64,000 nt of DNA, taken from the NCBI GenBank assembly GCA_002189035.1, contig NEEC01000007.1, positions 310,001-374,000 of the forward strand, read 5' to 3'. The position numbers were made by a program, and so were the translations under genes. The DNA is from Utricularia gibba (Eukaryota; Plantae; Magnoliophyta). Each line of letters opens with the position of its first letter. Position 1 is the stretch's first letter. This document shows positions 36,507 to 48,316 of the stretch, one piece after another. The notes beneath the pieces are model-generated. The model saw only the letters and a program-made list of their open reading frames with translations. It did not search any database and had not been told where the DNA came from.

Positions 36507-39152
36507 ATGGCGCTTCGCTCGACAAATCCTCTCCAACATCTCCAACCTCTTCCGAGCTCTTCTCGCTCGGTAACTTGTTCGCTTTAGGCTGCTACTCAAT
36601 TTCTTCTTCGGGGTGTATGCGTAATGTTTTGGTATTTTATGTTCTGATGTCTTCAGGATTTTCGCGGAAAACCGACGTCTTTTATGCTCTGGAGGACAAG
36701 GAATCCGCGGAAGAAGCTATTTCTGGTGAGATCAGGTCCGAAGAGGATAGAAGTAGACGGCAAGTGCAGAAATGCTCTGTTTTCAGGGATTAATAAGCTT
36801 GCGGATGCGGTTTCCGTGACACTTGGTCCAAAAGGTATGTAAGTTCTAATTTTTTGCTCCTCCATCGCTTCTTTATTTAGGAATTTTAGTTGTGCTTTTA
36901 GGTCAAATAGCGTGTGGTTTTTCTCTGCATTTGTGTAAACTTGGGTTTCCTGCAGGACGTAATGTGGTCCTTTCGGAGTCCGGGACAGTGAAAATTATAA
37001 ACGATGGTGCTGTTATTGCTCGAGCCATAGAGCTCCCAGATGCGGTTGAGAACATTGGGGCGCAGCTGTTACAAGAGGTCAATGACCCTCTTTGTATTTC
37101 TTCTGTTGAATGAGTGCACTGATTTCTATCTGTTGAATTAGTCAGTATACTGATCTAGTTGATGAGACAGGTGGCGAAAAGAACAAATGAGTCAGCTGGC
37201 GATGGTACAACGAGTGCTATAGTATTGGCAAGAGAGATGATAAAATATGGACTTTTAGCTGTCTGTAATGGCGCAAACCCTGTTTATTTAAAAACAGGAA
37301 TGGAGAAAACAGTAAAAATGCTGATTAAAATTCTGAAGGATAAAAGTTATGCTGTAAAGAGAGCTGATGAAATTAAAGGTTACTAAATCTTTCTCAGCAT
37401 CATCATATTCTGATGAATCAGGGATCATGACTCACATTGCCTTGATTTCACAGCCGTAGCTTCAGTGTCTTCTGGAAATGATCAGTATATTGGAGAAGTT
37501 ATCGCAGAAGCTATTGAAAGAATTGGACCTGATGGATTAATATCAGTTGAATCTTCTTCATCGTCTGAGACATATGTTATATTCGAAGAAGGAATGAAGG
37601 TAATAGTTCGTAGTTAATTCTAAGGTTTTCATTACTGTTTTGTGGAAGATTGATGCATTATTCTACCAAGAAGTCCATACAAAACAAGAGATTTTTCTGT
37701 TTATACATCTTCAAGCGTCCTCTTCGACCCATGAATTTTTAGGCCCTGAAGTTTAAATGCGTCAAGAAGTAGTATCAGACAGTAGTTCTTTTAATTTTCA
37801 ATAGATTTATGGTTTTCGTGTCTCTTGATTTTTCCTTCAGGCGGTCTTTTCTTACAGATAGATAAAGGGTACATGTCACCGCATTTTGTGACAGACAAGG
37901 ACAAATCAGTTGTGGAATTTGAAAATGCCAGAATTCTGGTTACTGATCAGAAGGTATCATCTGTGAAACAAATTATTCCGCTGCTGGAGAAAGCCACACA
38001 GCTGAGTGCCCCTCTGCTTATAATTGCTGAGGACATATCACGATCCGTACTGGAAACTCTGGTCGTGAATAAAAACCAGGGGCTGCTCCATGTTGCTGTT
38101 GTAAAATGTCCAGGCTTTGGTGAGGGTAAGAAAGCTGTTTTGCAAGATATTGCACTTATGACCGGTAAGTACCTTAGTTTTACTCTACCAAATATAGTTG
38201 CCCTTATGGCTCTAAATGAATATTCTTTTGCATAAAGACCGATTATTTTAGAACTTTTCCCTTTTTACTTTTCCTGACTGATTACTGTTGATTGCTACCA
38301 GGTGCTGATTTTATTTCTGGTGACTTGGGGCTGACCCTTGACACTGTAACCTCTGATCAGCTTGGGATTGCGCAAAAAATTACTGTGACGAGCAGTTTTT
38401 CCACTATAGTTGCTGATCCTTCAACCAAAGCTGAAATACACGCGAGGATTATGCAAATGAAGAAGGATCTTGCAACGACAGATAACAAATATCTTGCAGA
38501 AAAGCTAAGTGAGCGAATTGCGAAGCTTTGCTCTGGTGTTTCTGTGATCAAAGTTGGAGCTCATACGGAGGTAGAGCTCGAAGAACGGAAGCTACGAATT
38601 GAAGATGCAAAAAATGCCACTTTTGCTGCAATGGCTGAAGGTGTGGTACCTGGAGGCGGAGCTACTTTCATACACCTTGCCAAACAAATTCCATCGATTA
38701 AGAAATCTATGAAGCACCCTGAGGAGCAAATTGGTGCAGATATTGTGGAAAAGGTGAGAAGACTTGCTTCTTTCATCCTGTTTTTGTGATATATTCCATT
38801 GCCATTTGTTTCGATTTTGATAACAATCTGTTCCCACATACCTATTCTGAAATGTGATCTCCAGGCTCTAATGGCTCCTGCAAAACTGATCGCAGCAAAT
38901 GCTGGTCTCGATGGAGATGTAGTTATAGAAAATATACGAGATTTGGATTGTAGAGCTGGTTACAATGTTATGAGTGGGCGATACGAAGACTTGATGTCAG
39001 CTGGGGTGATTGATCCTGCCCGGGTCTCAAGATGTGCACTCCAAAATGCTGTCTCTGTTGCTGGTATGATTCTTACCACGCAAGCAGTATTAGTGGAGAA
39101 GTTTAAGAAACCCAAACCTCTTGTTCCCCATGTTCCTGGCATAACTCCCTGA
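36507..39152 (+). CDS. CPN60A2: Chaperonin 60 subunit alpha 2, chloroplast, multi-exon
   Basis: VRSGPKRI...[64 protein letters not shown] and the end [14 protein letters not shown]. The C-terminus and NESAGDGTT are typical of the divergent alpha-2 paralogue. Confidence 0.92.
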
Positions 39153-39490
39153 GAACATGCGAAGTCTTTCTTCTTACATGTGTTGCACTGTTGTCCGAAG
39201 AATTTTTTCTCATTTCTTATGAATGTTTTGTGATAACGACTCCATCCACTTTCTCACTATTGATCCTATCGCAACCCACCACGCAAGTCCATGAACTCTG
39301 ATGCGCCCGTAGCAAGAACCGGGCCATCTGTGGGTATTTTTCACAGGCCCAAGGTGACGGTCCGTTGAACATGGACGCTGAGAAAGGACTCCATCTTCTC
39401 CAATCTCCCATGTTTCTTCTCGGAAGAAAGAGGTCTCTTTTGGGGGGATAGTTGATACCTTTCTTTCAGCGCGTCTCTGATCCCATTTTC

Positions 39491-41650
39491 ATGGTGTCTC
39501 TTGTATGCCGTCAGCTGACTAAAGCTCATACTCGAAGTGCAGCAGCAGTCAAACTACTTCTAAATGGCGCTATCTCTTCCCTTCAAGATTTCACGCCTTT
39601 CCGCCAAATAACGACAAGCAATGATTCCGATTCAGTCTTGCCGCCCACAGTGATCAGAAGAGTTTGCTTTTGGGTCTGTGATTCATTCTACAGCCAAGAT
39701 AAGAAACAATCGCGGACCATCCTGGAATTGCCTATAGATTCTGATTTCTTAACTACAGAACAGGCTATTACGGTGGTTGCTGCCCTGGCTGACGAGGCTG
39801 GTTCAATGGTGGCATTGAGTTTTTTTTACTGGGCGATCAGTTACCCAAAGTTTAGATATTTTATGAGATTTTACATTGTATCTGCCTCATGTTTCATCAA
39901 GAACGCAAATTTTGAGAGAACCCACGAAGTTATTCGATGTATGGTGTCTAACTTCGCGAATGTTGGGTTACTGAAGGAGGCTGTGGACATGGTTTTTCAG
40001 ATGCGGAGCCAAGGTTTGCTTCTGAATGCCCATACATTGAATTGCTTGTTGGGCGTGATTAATGAACTTGGTCTCGTTGAGATGGCTGAGAAGGTGTTCG
40101 ATGAAATGTGTCAGTGCGGAGTGACTCCTGATATGTATAGTTTCAAATCTATGGTTTTGGGGCATTGTAAGGTTGGTAGAGTCGCTGATGCTGACAGATG
40201 GGTGACTTCTATGTTGAACAGAGGTTTTCTAGTGGATAATGTTACATGTAGTCTAATTCTGAGGGTGTTCTGTGAAAATGGTTTTGTGAATAGAGCATCG
40301 TGGATATTTAATACTCTGGTGGAAAGGGGTTTGGAACCAAATGTAATAAACTATTCATGTTTGATCAACGGATTGAGCCGCAAAGGAAGCATTAAGCAGG
40401 CATTTGAACTGCTGGAGCAGATGGTCAGCAGTGGCTTGAAGCCAAATGTATATACGCATACTGCTTTGATTGATGGTCTTTGTAAAAAAGGTTGGACTGA
40501 TAAGGCATTTAGGCTTTTCCTAAAGCTTGTCAGGAGTGGCAATTACAAGCCAAATGTGCACACATACACGGCCATGATCGATGGATATTGCAAGGATGGA
40601 AGGCTGAACAGAGCAGAGATGATGCTTGAAAAAATGCAGGAACAAGGACTGGTTCCTAATTTGAATACGTATTGCGCACTTATTGATGGCCATGCTAAGA
40701 ATGGAGATTTTGACAGGGTGTATGAATTGATGGATGAAATTCAAAGGCGAGGCTTAACTCTGAACACTTGCACTTGTAATGCTATCGTTGATAGTCTTTG
40801 TAAGAGGGGTAAGGTAAGAGATGCTTACAAGTTGCTCAGGAGGAGTTTTCAAACCGGAGTATCGGCCGATAAAGTGACATATACAATTCTCATATCTGAA
40901 AGTTGCAAGCAGAAAGATTTTGAGCATGCATTAGCACTTGTCTGTAAGATGATAAAAAGCGGAAATTCACCTGATATGTTTACTTACACTACCTTGATTT
41001 CACAGCTTTCCAAGCATAACAGGATGAGCGCCTGTGAGCGTCTTTTGGCAGATGCTCGTAGAATTGGGCTTGTTCCCACCACAGAAACATTTACTTCTAT
41101 GATATCTGGGTACTGCCAAGATGGGAAGAGTGAAGTTGCACTTGCCCTTTTCCGCGAAATGTGTACCAAGGGGCTGACTCCTGATAGTTTCGCTTATGGA
41201 GCAATAATTAGTGGTCTTTGCAAGGAGTCCTTGTTGGATGAAGCTAGAGCTCTTTTTGACGATATGATCAACAAGGGTATATCCCCATGCGAGGTTACTC
41301 GAATGGCGATCGCATATGAGTTCTGCAAAAGGGATGATTTTTTCACTGCAGTAAGCCTGTTAGACAGGCTTGAGAAAAAGCAGCGGACTAGAACTGTAAC
41401 CTCTTTGATCCGAAAACTTTGCAGTGAACAAAAAGTAGATATTGCTGCAAAGCTTTTTATTAAGCTTTTAGAATCAGAGGATGTAGTGGACCGTGTAACT
41501 GCTGCGGCTTTCATGACTGCATGCTATGGAAGTAACAAGTATGCACTTGTTGCTGATTTGTCTGAGAGAATCAGGACACAGAAGGTTCGCCTTACCCACC
41601 GTTCTTCTGGTAAGTCTGAGCCTTTGATTGAAAACAGTGGTCTGAGCTGA
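39491..41650 (+). CDS. P-class PPR protein
   Basis: More than 12 tandem 35-aa repeats (PNVYTHTALIDGLCKKG, PNVHTYTAMIDGYCKDG, PDSFAYGAIISGLCKES). The N-terminal LTTEQAITVVAALADEAGSMVALSFFYWA resembles At4g19890 (from memory). A terminal intron near 41585 cannot be excluded. Confidence 0.93.
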   Translation: MVSLVCRQLTKAHTRSAAAVKLLLNGAISSLQDFTPFRQITTSNDSDSVLPPTVIRRVCFWVCDSFYSQDKKQSRTILELPIDSDFLTTEQAITVVAALADEAGSMVALSFFYWAISYPKFRYFMRFYIVSASCFIKNANFERTHEVIRCMVSNFANVGLLKEAVDMVFQMRSQGLLLNAHTLNCLLGVINELGLVEMAEKVFDEMCQCGVTPDMYSFKSMVLGHCKVGRVADADRWVTSMLNRGFLVDNVTCSLILRVFCENGFVNRASWIFNTLVERGLEPNVINYSCLINGLSRKGSIKQAFELLEQMVSSGLKPNVYTHTALIDGLCKKGWTDKAFRLFLKLVRSGNYKPNVHTYTAMIDGYCKDGRLNRAEMMLEKMQEQGLVPNLNTYCALIDGHAKNGDFDRVYELMDEIQRRGLTLNTCTCNAIVDSLCKRGKVRDAYKLLRRSFQTGVSADKVTYTILISESCKQKDFEHALALVCKMIKSGNSPDMFTYTTLISQLSKHNRMSACERLLADARRIGLVPTTETFTSMISGYCQDGKSEVALALFREMCTKGLTPDSFAYGAIISGLCKESLLDEARALFDDMINKGISPCEVTRMAIAYEFCKRDDFFTAVSLLDRLEKKQRTRTVTSLIRKLCSEQKVDIAAKLFIKLLESEDVVDRVTAAAFMTACYGSNKYALVADLSERIRTQKVRLTHRSSGKSEPLIENSGLS

Positions 41651-41813
41651 TTTCTGTATTATTCGCTTTGGAAGTTTTGAAGAAGAAAATATTGCACCTT
41701 TTGCTGATATTCTGGGGTAGTTCAGTCGAAATTTGCAGTGGATATCCTGTCACGGGAAAGAAGGGTTGACAAAGTTGGTTTGATAGAATTTAACGTCACT
41801 GGATGCAAGCCGT

Positions 41814-42140
41814 TTAGTTTTCGGGAGTAAACTCCGATTGCATTCTAGCCAGGCAGACCGAGAGAGAAAGCTGCGCTTCACGGCACTGGTTGCGCTTGAG
41901 GGCGGTACCCGCGCTGGAGCACAGGCTGCGTACGGCTTCCGATTCCGAAGGACAGGCTTCTAGCACGAGGCACTGGGCCAACGAGCGGTTCAAATGGCTG
42001 CACGCCACCTCACGCGACAGGCCTTCGGGTATCCGGCGGTGGCAATCGGCTAATGAACGGTGGAGCCGATCGCAGCCGTTTCGGCGTCGCGGCCAAGGAT
42101 TGTTATCGGCTGCAGCTTGATCTGCGTTGGAGCCTTCCAT
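41814..42140 (-). CDS. Small Cys-rich protein with repeated CX9C motifs (CMC/CHCH-like, possibly mitochondrial intermembrane space)
   Basis: 108-aa ATG ORF with CDRLHRSLADC (CX9C), CSHLNRSLAQC (CX9C), CPSESEAVRSLC (CX10C) and CREAQLSLSVC (CX9C). Confidence 0.75.
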   Translation of the reverse strand: MEGSNADQAAADNNPWPRRRNGCDRLHRSLADCHRRIPEGLSREVACSHLNRSLAQCLVLEACPSESEAVRSLCSSAGTALKRNQCREAQLSLSVCLARMQSEFTPEN

Positions 42141-42508
42141 TCCTTCAAAGGCTCTAGGAGAAACGACAATTCCAAGATCTCGGCTTTAAATGTTGTACGC
42201 AGGGGTTTCTAGGATCCGGACGCGGGTCTAACCCTGATCAGGACATGGGCTTCCCGAAAAGCATCTGCCCACCCTTTCCCACTGGGGTTCTCTTCTTCAC
42301 CAGAGATTCGTTATCGATGTTGGGAATCGATGGAGTCCAGCAGCTGGCGCTCCCTCGCCTTCCTCGTATGGGTATCTGTCTTATCCTGAGGACTTCCCTA
42401 TGCCTTACTTGACATTTTCTCATTAAGTTATATGTCGTTTCTGTAACCGCAGCCGGGAAAGAATTTGTGGAACATGGAACACTTTCCAAATCGGCGAAAC
42501 ATAGTTTG

Positions 42509-43420
42509 ATGGTGACATTATTTGCTCCGCCGCTTGTTGCGGCGGTTTTATCTTCCTCCTCCATGGCTCATCCTCCAGGTAAAACTAAAACCCGGTTATC
42601 CTTCATCGCTTTGTTGATTCCTTTGCCATGGGTTGTGATGGAACATTTTTTACTTTCACATATGTTGGAAATCAGTGTTTTGGGCGGACTCGCGATAGAG
42701 GCTATTGTCGTGCGTCTTCTTGTTCTGGGTGTTCATATTTCTGCTGTTACCCAGTTGCAGTTGGGCAAACTGTGGATTCACAAAAGGCTGCTGTGATATT
42801 CCAGCGGTCATGCATTGGATGCCACGATGGCGGTGGAAACGTAATACAGCCGGTGAGTTCTAACGTTTAGCCATTTACATACTGTGAGCAAAAAGATTGT
42901 TCTATGAACAGCTGATTCGAAAATCTTGAGAGTGAAGTTCATTGTTCATCACTTTCCCGGGTGGGAGATTCCATCCTTTTCATTTTTGTATCTTTGGTCA
43001 TTCCTTTCAGGGAGCAACGCTCTTCTCACAGGATCTAACAAGGTAAGCAAATGAATCAACCTCTGGCTCTTTGATGGGAGCATTCACCTCATGCAGTGAT
43101 GCAAAAGAAAACTATGGGAGTTTTTGCAGAAATGGGGTGTATACAGAAGAGGAGATATATCGTGTCACTTACTATGGGAAAAGCAGAATGCCTGTGAGTT
43201 GCTTCTTTCTCTTGAATTTTGGAGATAAAATTAGGACGCAACAGACCGGATCTTTGAGTCCCCGTGCCAAATGCAGGGCTTTGGAGAGAGCTGCACCCCA
43301 CGAGGGCAGTGCACGTTTGGCCCTCGCCTGACGGAAGACGAGATCAGGCTGCTGGCACAATTTGTCAAGGCGCAAGCAGATCAAGGCTGGCCTAAGGTTC
43401 TTCAACCTGAAGGGGAATAA
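42509..43420 (+). CDS. PETJ: Cytochrome c6A (plant chloroplast cytochrome c6), multi-exon
   Basis: Haem motif CIGCHDGGGNVIQPGATL, EEIYRVTYYGKSRMPGFGE (axial Met) and the c6A loop-insertion CTPRGQCTFGPRL with both Cys, ending FVKAQADQGWPK...*. The exact N-terminal exon structure is uncertain. Confidence 0.9.
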
Positions 43421-43848
43421 AAGGTGAAGCCAACGTACATTTAACATCATATTTGATCTAGTCCCGGAGTGGAATCAAAACCCACTAACACGCCTGGAAT
43501 GTTTTTGAAAATGAACAGATCATCGAAAGAGAAATGATGAACAAGAGAAAGCCGATGAAGGTGAAATTAGTTCTGTTTCTCTGGTATTGAAATCCTTTAT
43601 CTCGCCTGTTACACAAACGAGGAGTTCTGTTTGCATATGATCCATTTAAGCAGGATTATGAAGAAAATTAAGCTATATTCGTCATATCTCTGGCACAGAC
43701 GCCAAGATAGAATATGATGGATGCAGCCTCACGCACATGAAACAGGAAGCATGAACTCTCAGCAATCATGAAATTTATTGTCAACAACAGAAAAGCTTGA
43801 TGCTAGAATAGAATGCATCATTCAGCAGTTGTTTTTGACCCCTCATCT

Positions 43849-44605
43849 CTACTGATTTGGAACTGGGTCCTTGGGCTTGATGATTATCCCGTAGATCGTA
43901 AGTCCGCTTTTAAGGGTGTCACTGCATTCTTTCATACTGAACTCCATCTTACCCTGTGTAGGGGATCTGCAGGTGTACACTTTTTTCCATTCCCCCTGGC
44001 ACTCCGACAGACTTACTGTTTCAACGGGTGATTCTTGGTTGGGGAATTTGAAGGTGATAGTTACTGGAAATTCCTTAGGGCTGCAATCCATCAACGCGAA
44101 TCTGAACACGAAGTCATACGTCCACCCCGGTGTAAGAAGAGACATGTCGAATTCTGCCGTCACTTCTAGCCAACGAGCCTGGACGAGTTCAGGGACCTTG
44201 ACAGGATCCCTCAACCTGCAACATCAACTGTGTCAAATCCAACGGTTGCTCCTCAAGATCACGGCATGAATCTGTTACCTGATCCCAGGACCGTATCCAT
44301 TGTTTCTATTGGACCACCTCCAGAACTTGCTGTCCTCACACCAGGCTATAGAGAGACCTTTCGGAAACAAGATGAAGCAGTTCCTCCCTTTGTCAATCAA
44401 ACAGTACGCCTGCGCACGATTAGACAAATCAAAACTCTATTAAGGTTGATTCCTAGAGCCACTCACCCACCTTCTTGCGATCCATGTAGGCTCCGGGAAA
44501 ATTGCCGCTGTAATCTATGTAATCTACGCGTTCCCCAAACTGGGAGAAATGTTGAACCGCAGCCGAAACATCCCATTTTGCTGCTCGATCTTGGCTGTTT
44601 CCCAT
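43849..44605 (-). CDS. Phloem protein 2 (PP2-A-type) lectin, no F-box, 3 exons
   Basis: GAYMDRKK|AYCLIDKGRNCFILFPKGLSIAWCEDSKFWRW...|ELVQARWLEVTAEFDMSLLTPGWTYDFVF...GKMEFSMKE...KSGLTIYGIIIKPK matches the PP2 domain pattern (NCFML..LSITW..YW.W, CWLEV, GL.I.G..I.P). The alternative start is ATG 44656. Confidence 0.8.
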
Positions 44606-46388
44606 GGTGCAAGAACTTTGGAGTATCGCCTCAACGCGGTTCACTTGTGCTGTCATTTATAATAAACCAGAGGAGGAATCTAACTCTCCTCCTGGCGGTG
44701 AGAAACTTCTCACTTATTCCCCTAAAGATAGCAGCAGATTCCATTGTAGGCGTGGAAGATAACAACATCCGCACTACAATCGTATCTTGTTCCTTCCGTC
44801 AAACAAACCACGACATGGAATTGATTCTCTGGCCCATTGGTTTATGAATCAAGCTTAATATTCACGGTTGAAGCTGACTCTGGCGCTCGCGCATCTTGCT
44901 TTATTCTCCGCTTTCGCTTTTGCTTTTGCCTGCGCCGCTCTCGCAGCCGTAGGTTCGTCGTCCTCTTTCCGCTCACCAGAAGTTTCTTCAGAGCGAGTCG
45001 TACGGACGATTCAGGGTCCCTACTGGGCTGGGCTGTTGCTCTTCCAGCCCAATGGGTTGGCCGTGGCTGGTTCTCCAGGTACGGACACTTCCGTTCAATG
45101 AAGTCAAATTATTTCATTTTTTTAAATACTAATATATTTTAATTTCAAAGGATATTAATTTTCCTACTGCTGGCTTGACCTACAAATTATGAGCATGAGC
45201 TTCCTGGTTGGGGTCTGTTCAATTAATGGATTCCTATTTATTTTTATTATTCAATTTACGAATAATTCGTGTCCTTCTGTAGGGTTTCAATTTGGTATAT
45301 TTTACCTGCAATTTTTGGAATTATTTAAAAGAATGGTATAAAAATACTCTTGTTTATTTAGAATTGAAATAATAATTTCAATCAAGTTTTTTTGTTTATT
45401 ATCAAAATTACTAAAAAATATAATTTATTATATAACTAATAAAAACTATATATTATATTTGTAACTACATATCTAATTATTTAATAGTTAAAAATAAAAA
45501 AAATTTCACGGAAAAGGGATGGTGGTGGCTGTGGAAGATTCCTAAGCTAAGAGGCTTCCCGTGAACGCAACGGCATGTGCCTCGGGAATCTTTTTTCATT
45601 TTTTAATGACTTTTTCCAATTTATTAAAAACCGTTTTTCAGGGTAAAAAATGCCTTATTTTTTCTGTAACAAATAAAAAGAACAGAAACGGATAGCTGGT
45701 ATTATACTTTTAATAAAAAAAATAAAATTCACTGTTAAGGAAATCTTGGAGGTTTTGACAAGTGTGATTGGGACAATATATTTTGTCTGATTAGGTTCCC
45801 ATTTGCGTTTCTTGGCTCTCCTAAATTACTAGACAGAAATGTTCTCAGGAAAAGAAGGGTCGTCAGGTGGATTAATTGTTCGTCAGAATCAGAGTTATTG
45901 CTTTTACTGGGTTATTTAATTTTTCCCGTTTTTGTATCCAACCGGTAATTGAATGATTTCCTTGCGTTTCGGTTGTAGTGTAGTTGAGGGGAGAATTATT
46001 GATGCAAGAGATCAGTTGAAAGATGATTCTTTGTGAGAAGAGTAGGGGGTGAAGCGTCATCATTAGTTACAGAAGTGGGTGTTTCCTTTACGGCTGACTT
46101 TTGTTTAGGAACAAAGAAAAATTGTTGATCCCCTTGTTTCTCTGGTGGGATCTGCTTTTTATGGTTGTTTTTTTTTTTTTATGGAGTAAAGAGCGGAAAT
46201 TGCTTTCAGTATGTACTTATTTTTGAAACAATGGATCTCCAAGTGATGGGCAGTTTGCTGCGAGGATCGGATTTTCTTGGAGCGCCAATTCTTGTTTTTT
46301 GTTGAGTTTTGAAGATAATCGGTTCTTTTCACGCATCCTTCAGGTTTGGGCGGGGAATCTATAGATTCAGTTCTAGGCGATCAGTGAA

Positions 46389-48316
46389 ATGGAGGAAAGA
46401 TTAGTTGTCGCTGATAGAAAGTGGGGGATGAAGCTCTGAGGCTCAAGTTGGAGGAAGACGAGGAAGAGTTCAAGAGTTGCTTCGAGGACGAGGATGAATT
46501 GAAGGATAGAGAAGAACGCCATAGGGTAGATTTCAAGGGAAGCACTTGCTTTGATGATGATCATGTAAAGATGTACATCAAGGGTGTTTCTGTCTCTGGC
46601 CCTGGAGATCGTGGCTCTAGAATTTCTGGAATTGGTGTGGTTATAGAGAGACCCGGCAATGTTTCTGTGCTCCAAGTCCAAAAAAAACTTGATTTTTATG
46701 TCGAAGAGCTGGTTGCAGAATATCTAGCTTTACTGGATGGCTTGGCTTTGGCTATCCACAATGATGTCCGCAGGATTTCTGTGCTAACAGATTCGGAAGT
46801 TATGCATACTCAGGTGATGAGCTTTTTCCTCAGAAGTTTTTGGAAAGATTAGTAATTAGATAGGTGTCTATAAATGTGTTTAAAATCCGGTTAGTTCTTG
46901 GAAAATGTGTTGATGGCCTTAACAATGACATAGAACAAATAGCATGCTTATCATTTTTTGGTTGTTTTCGTTAATCGACATAATTGGATGAAAGCCTCCT
47001 ACTGTAGTTCTCTCTTGTTTCCTGTTGTCAGCGATGGAATTTGCTCTTTCATGGTATATTCCGGATGTTGATGCATGTTAACATGTGAGGATATGCTGTG
47101 TAAATGTCTCTCAGCTTATGAATGATGAGGACGCTGTTGACATTCCTCTGGTTGAGGCACTCAGGCAAAGAATACTTGAGCAAGTCAATGTCATGGAAGC
47201 TTTTGTGTTGAAATTAGTCTCTACGGCAACACTGGAAAAGGCTTTGCATTTAGCTCGAGCGGCTGTTGGTTTCGTATCCACCCCAGATGAGGGAGATGGA
47301 TCTGCAGAAATCTGCTCAATCTGCGGCAAGGAGAGGCTCTCAGGCATGATGCTCACAATCAAATGTTCCCACAAATTCTGTTCCCACTGCATGAGATCAT
47401 ATGCTGAGAGGAAGCTGAAATCCGCCCAACTGCCTATCAGATGTCCTCAACCAGGGTGCAAGCATTGCATTTCTGCATCTGAGTTTAGGTCCTTTCTTAC
47501 AGTTGTTTCATATGAGTCGCTAGAGAGGGCGCTCGCAGAGGCAAATGTCATTTGCTGCCCATATTCTAGTTGCACAGCTCTTCTAGATCCTCATGACTGC
47601 TGGTCGACTCGGGCTACTTCGTCGAGCCAGACTGATCGCATATGCATGGAGTGCCACGCCTGCCAACATTTATTCTGTCTGGACTGTAGACTTCCTTGGC
47701 ATCCTTCTCTGACATGTGAAGAGTACCAAAGCCTTCCGGAAGACGAAAGAGCTGCTTCTGATTCGTCGTTGCATCGTCTCGTGCACAGTAAACGATGGAG
47801 AAGTTGTGAACATTGCAGAAGGGTCGTTGAGCTCACCAACGGCTGCTACCACATGCGGTGCTGGTAAATCCATTTCACCTTCAAATCCAACTGTATGATC
47901 CATAAGTCATTGCTCAAGATCTTTCTTTTTCCAGGTGTGGCCATGAGTTCTGCTACACATGCGGCGCTGAATACAGGGATTGCCAACAAACTTGTCAATG
48001 TGCACTTTGGGATGCTGACTACTCCATTGACTTGACATCGTATCCTCCTCCAAACGTAGAGGAATGGGCATGGGATTCGTTCGGGTCCATTCCATTGTCG
48101 ATGGATGCGTACTCAGAACAAGAGAGATCCCAGCTAGAACTAATCCAGAGGTTCCTTGCTGGAGGCTACAGTTTAGGTGAGCATGATTCTCATCAAGCTC
48201 CACCACGCTGCACTGACTCATATGCAGAGACAATGAAGTACCTTCATCAGCTGCCCTGGCTCGAACGATTTGTCTCCGTCATAACAGACAATTACTACGA
48301 AGGCTACGTCCAATGA
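46389..48316 (+). CDS. RBR-type E3 ubiquitin ligase with an N-terminal RNase H-like domain, 3 exons, with one frameshift at 46423-46427
   Basis: Acidic N-terminus, RNase H-like segment (ISGIGVV...VAEYLALLDGL...VLTDSE), RING1 CSIC...CSHKFCSHC...CPQPGC, IBR CPYSSC...CHACQHLFCLDCRLPWHPSLTC and RING2 CEHC...GCYHMRCWCGHEFCYTCG. Confidence 0.9.

Noticed and set aside
44230-44847. 205-aa plus-strand ORF
   Set aside because: It starts at a non-ATG codon in the track, is antisense to the PP2 exons and introns, and has no recognisable motif.
44837-45142. Hydrophobic/Arg-rich ORFs (MKLTLALAHLALFSAF...)
   Set aside because: Low-complexity CT-rich sequence that looks like the PP2 leader/promoter on the opposite strand. 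No family match and no ATG start for the signal-like frame.
45110-45800. Very AT-rich intergenic tract as a possible MITE or Helitron
   Set aside because: I found no terminal inverted repeats, target-site duplication or Helitron 3' hairpin/CTRR end. Treated as ordinary AT-rich spacer.
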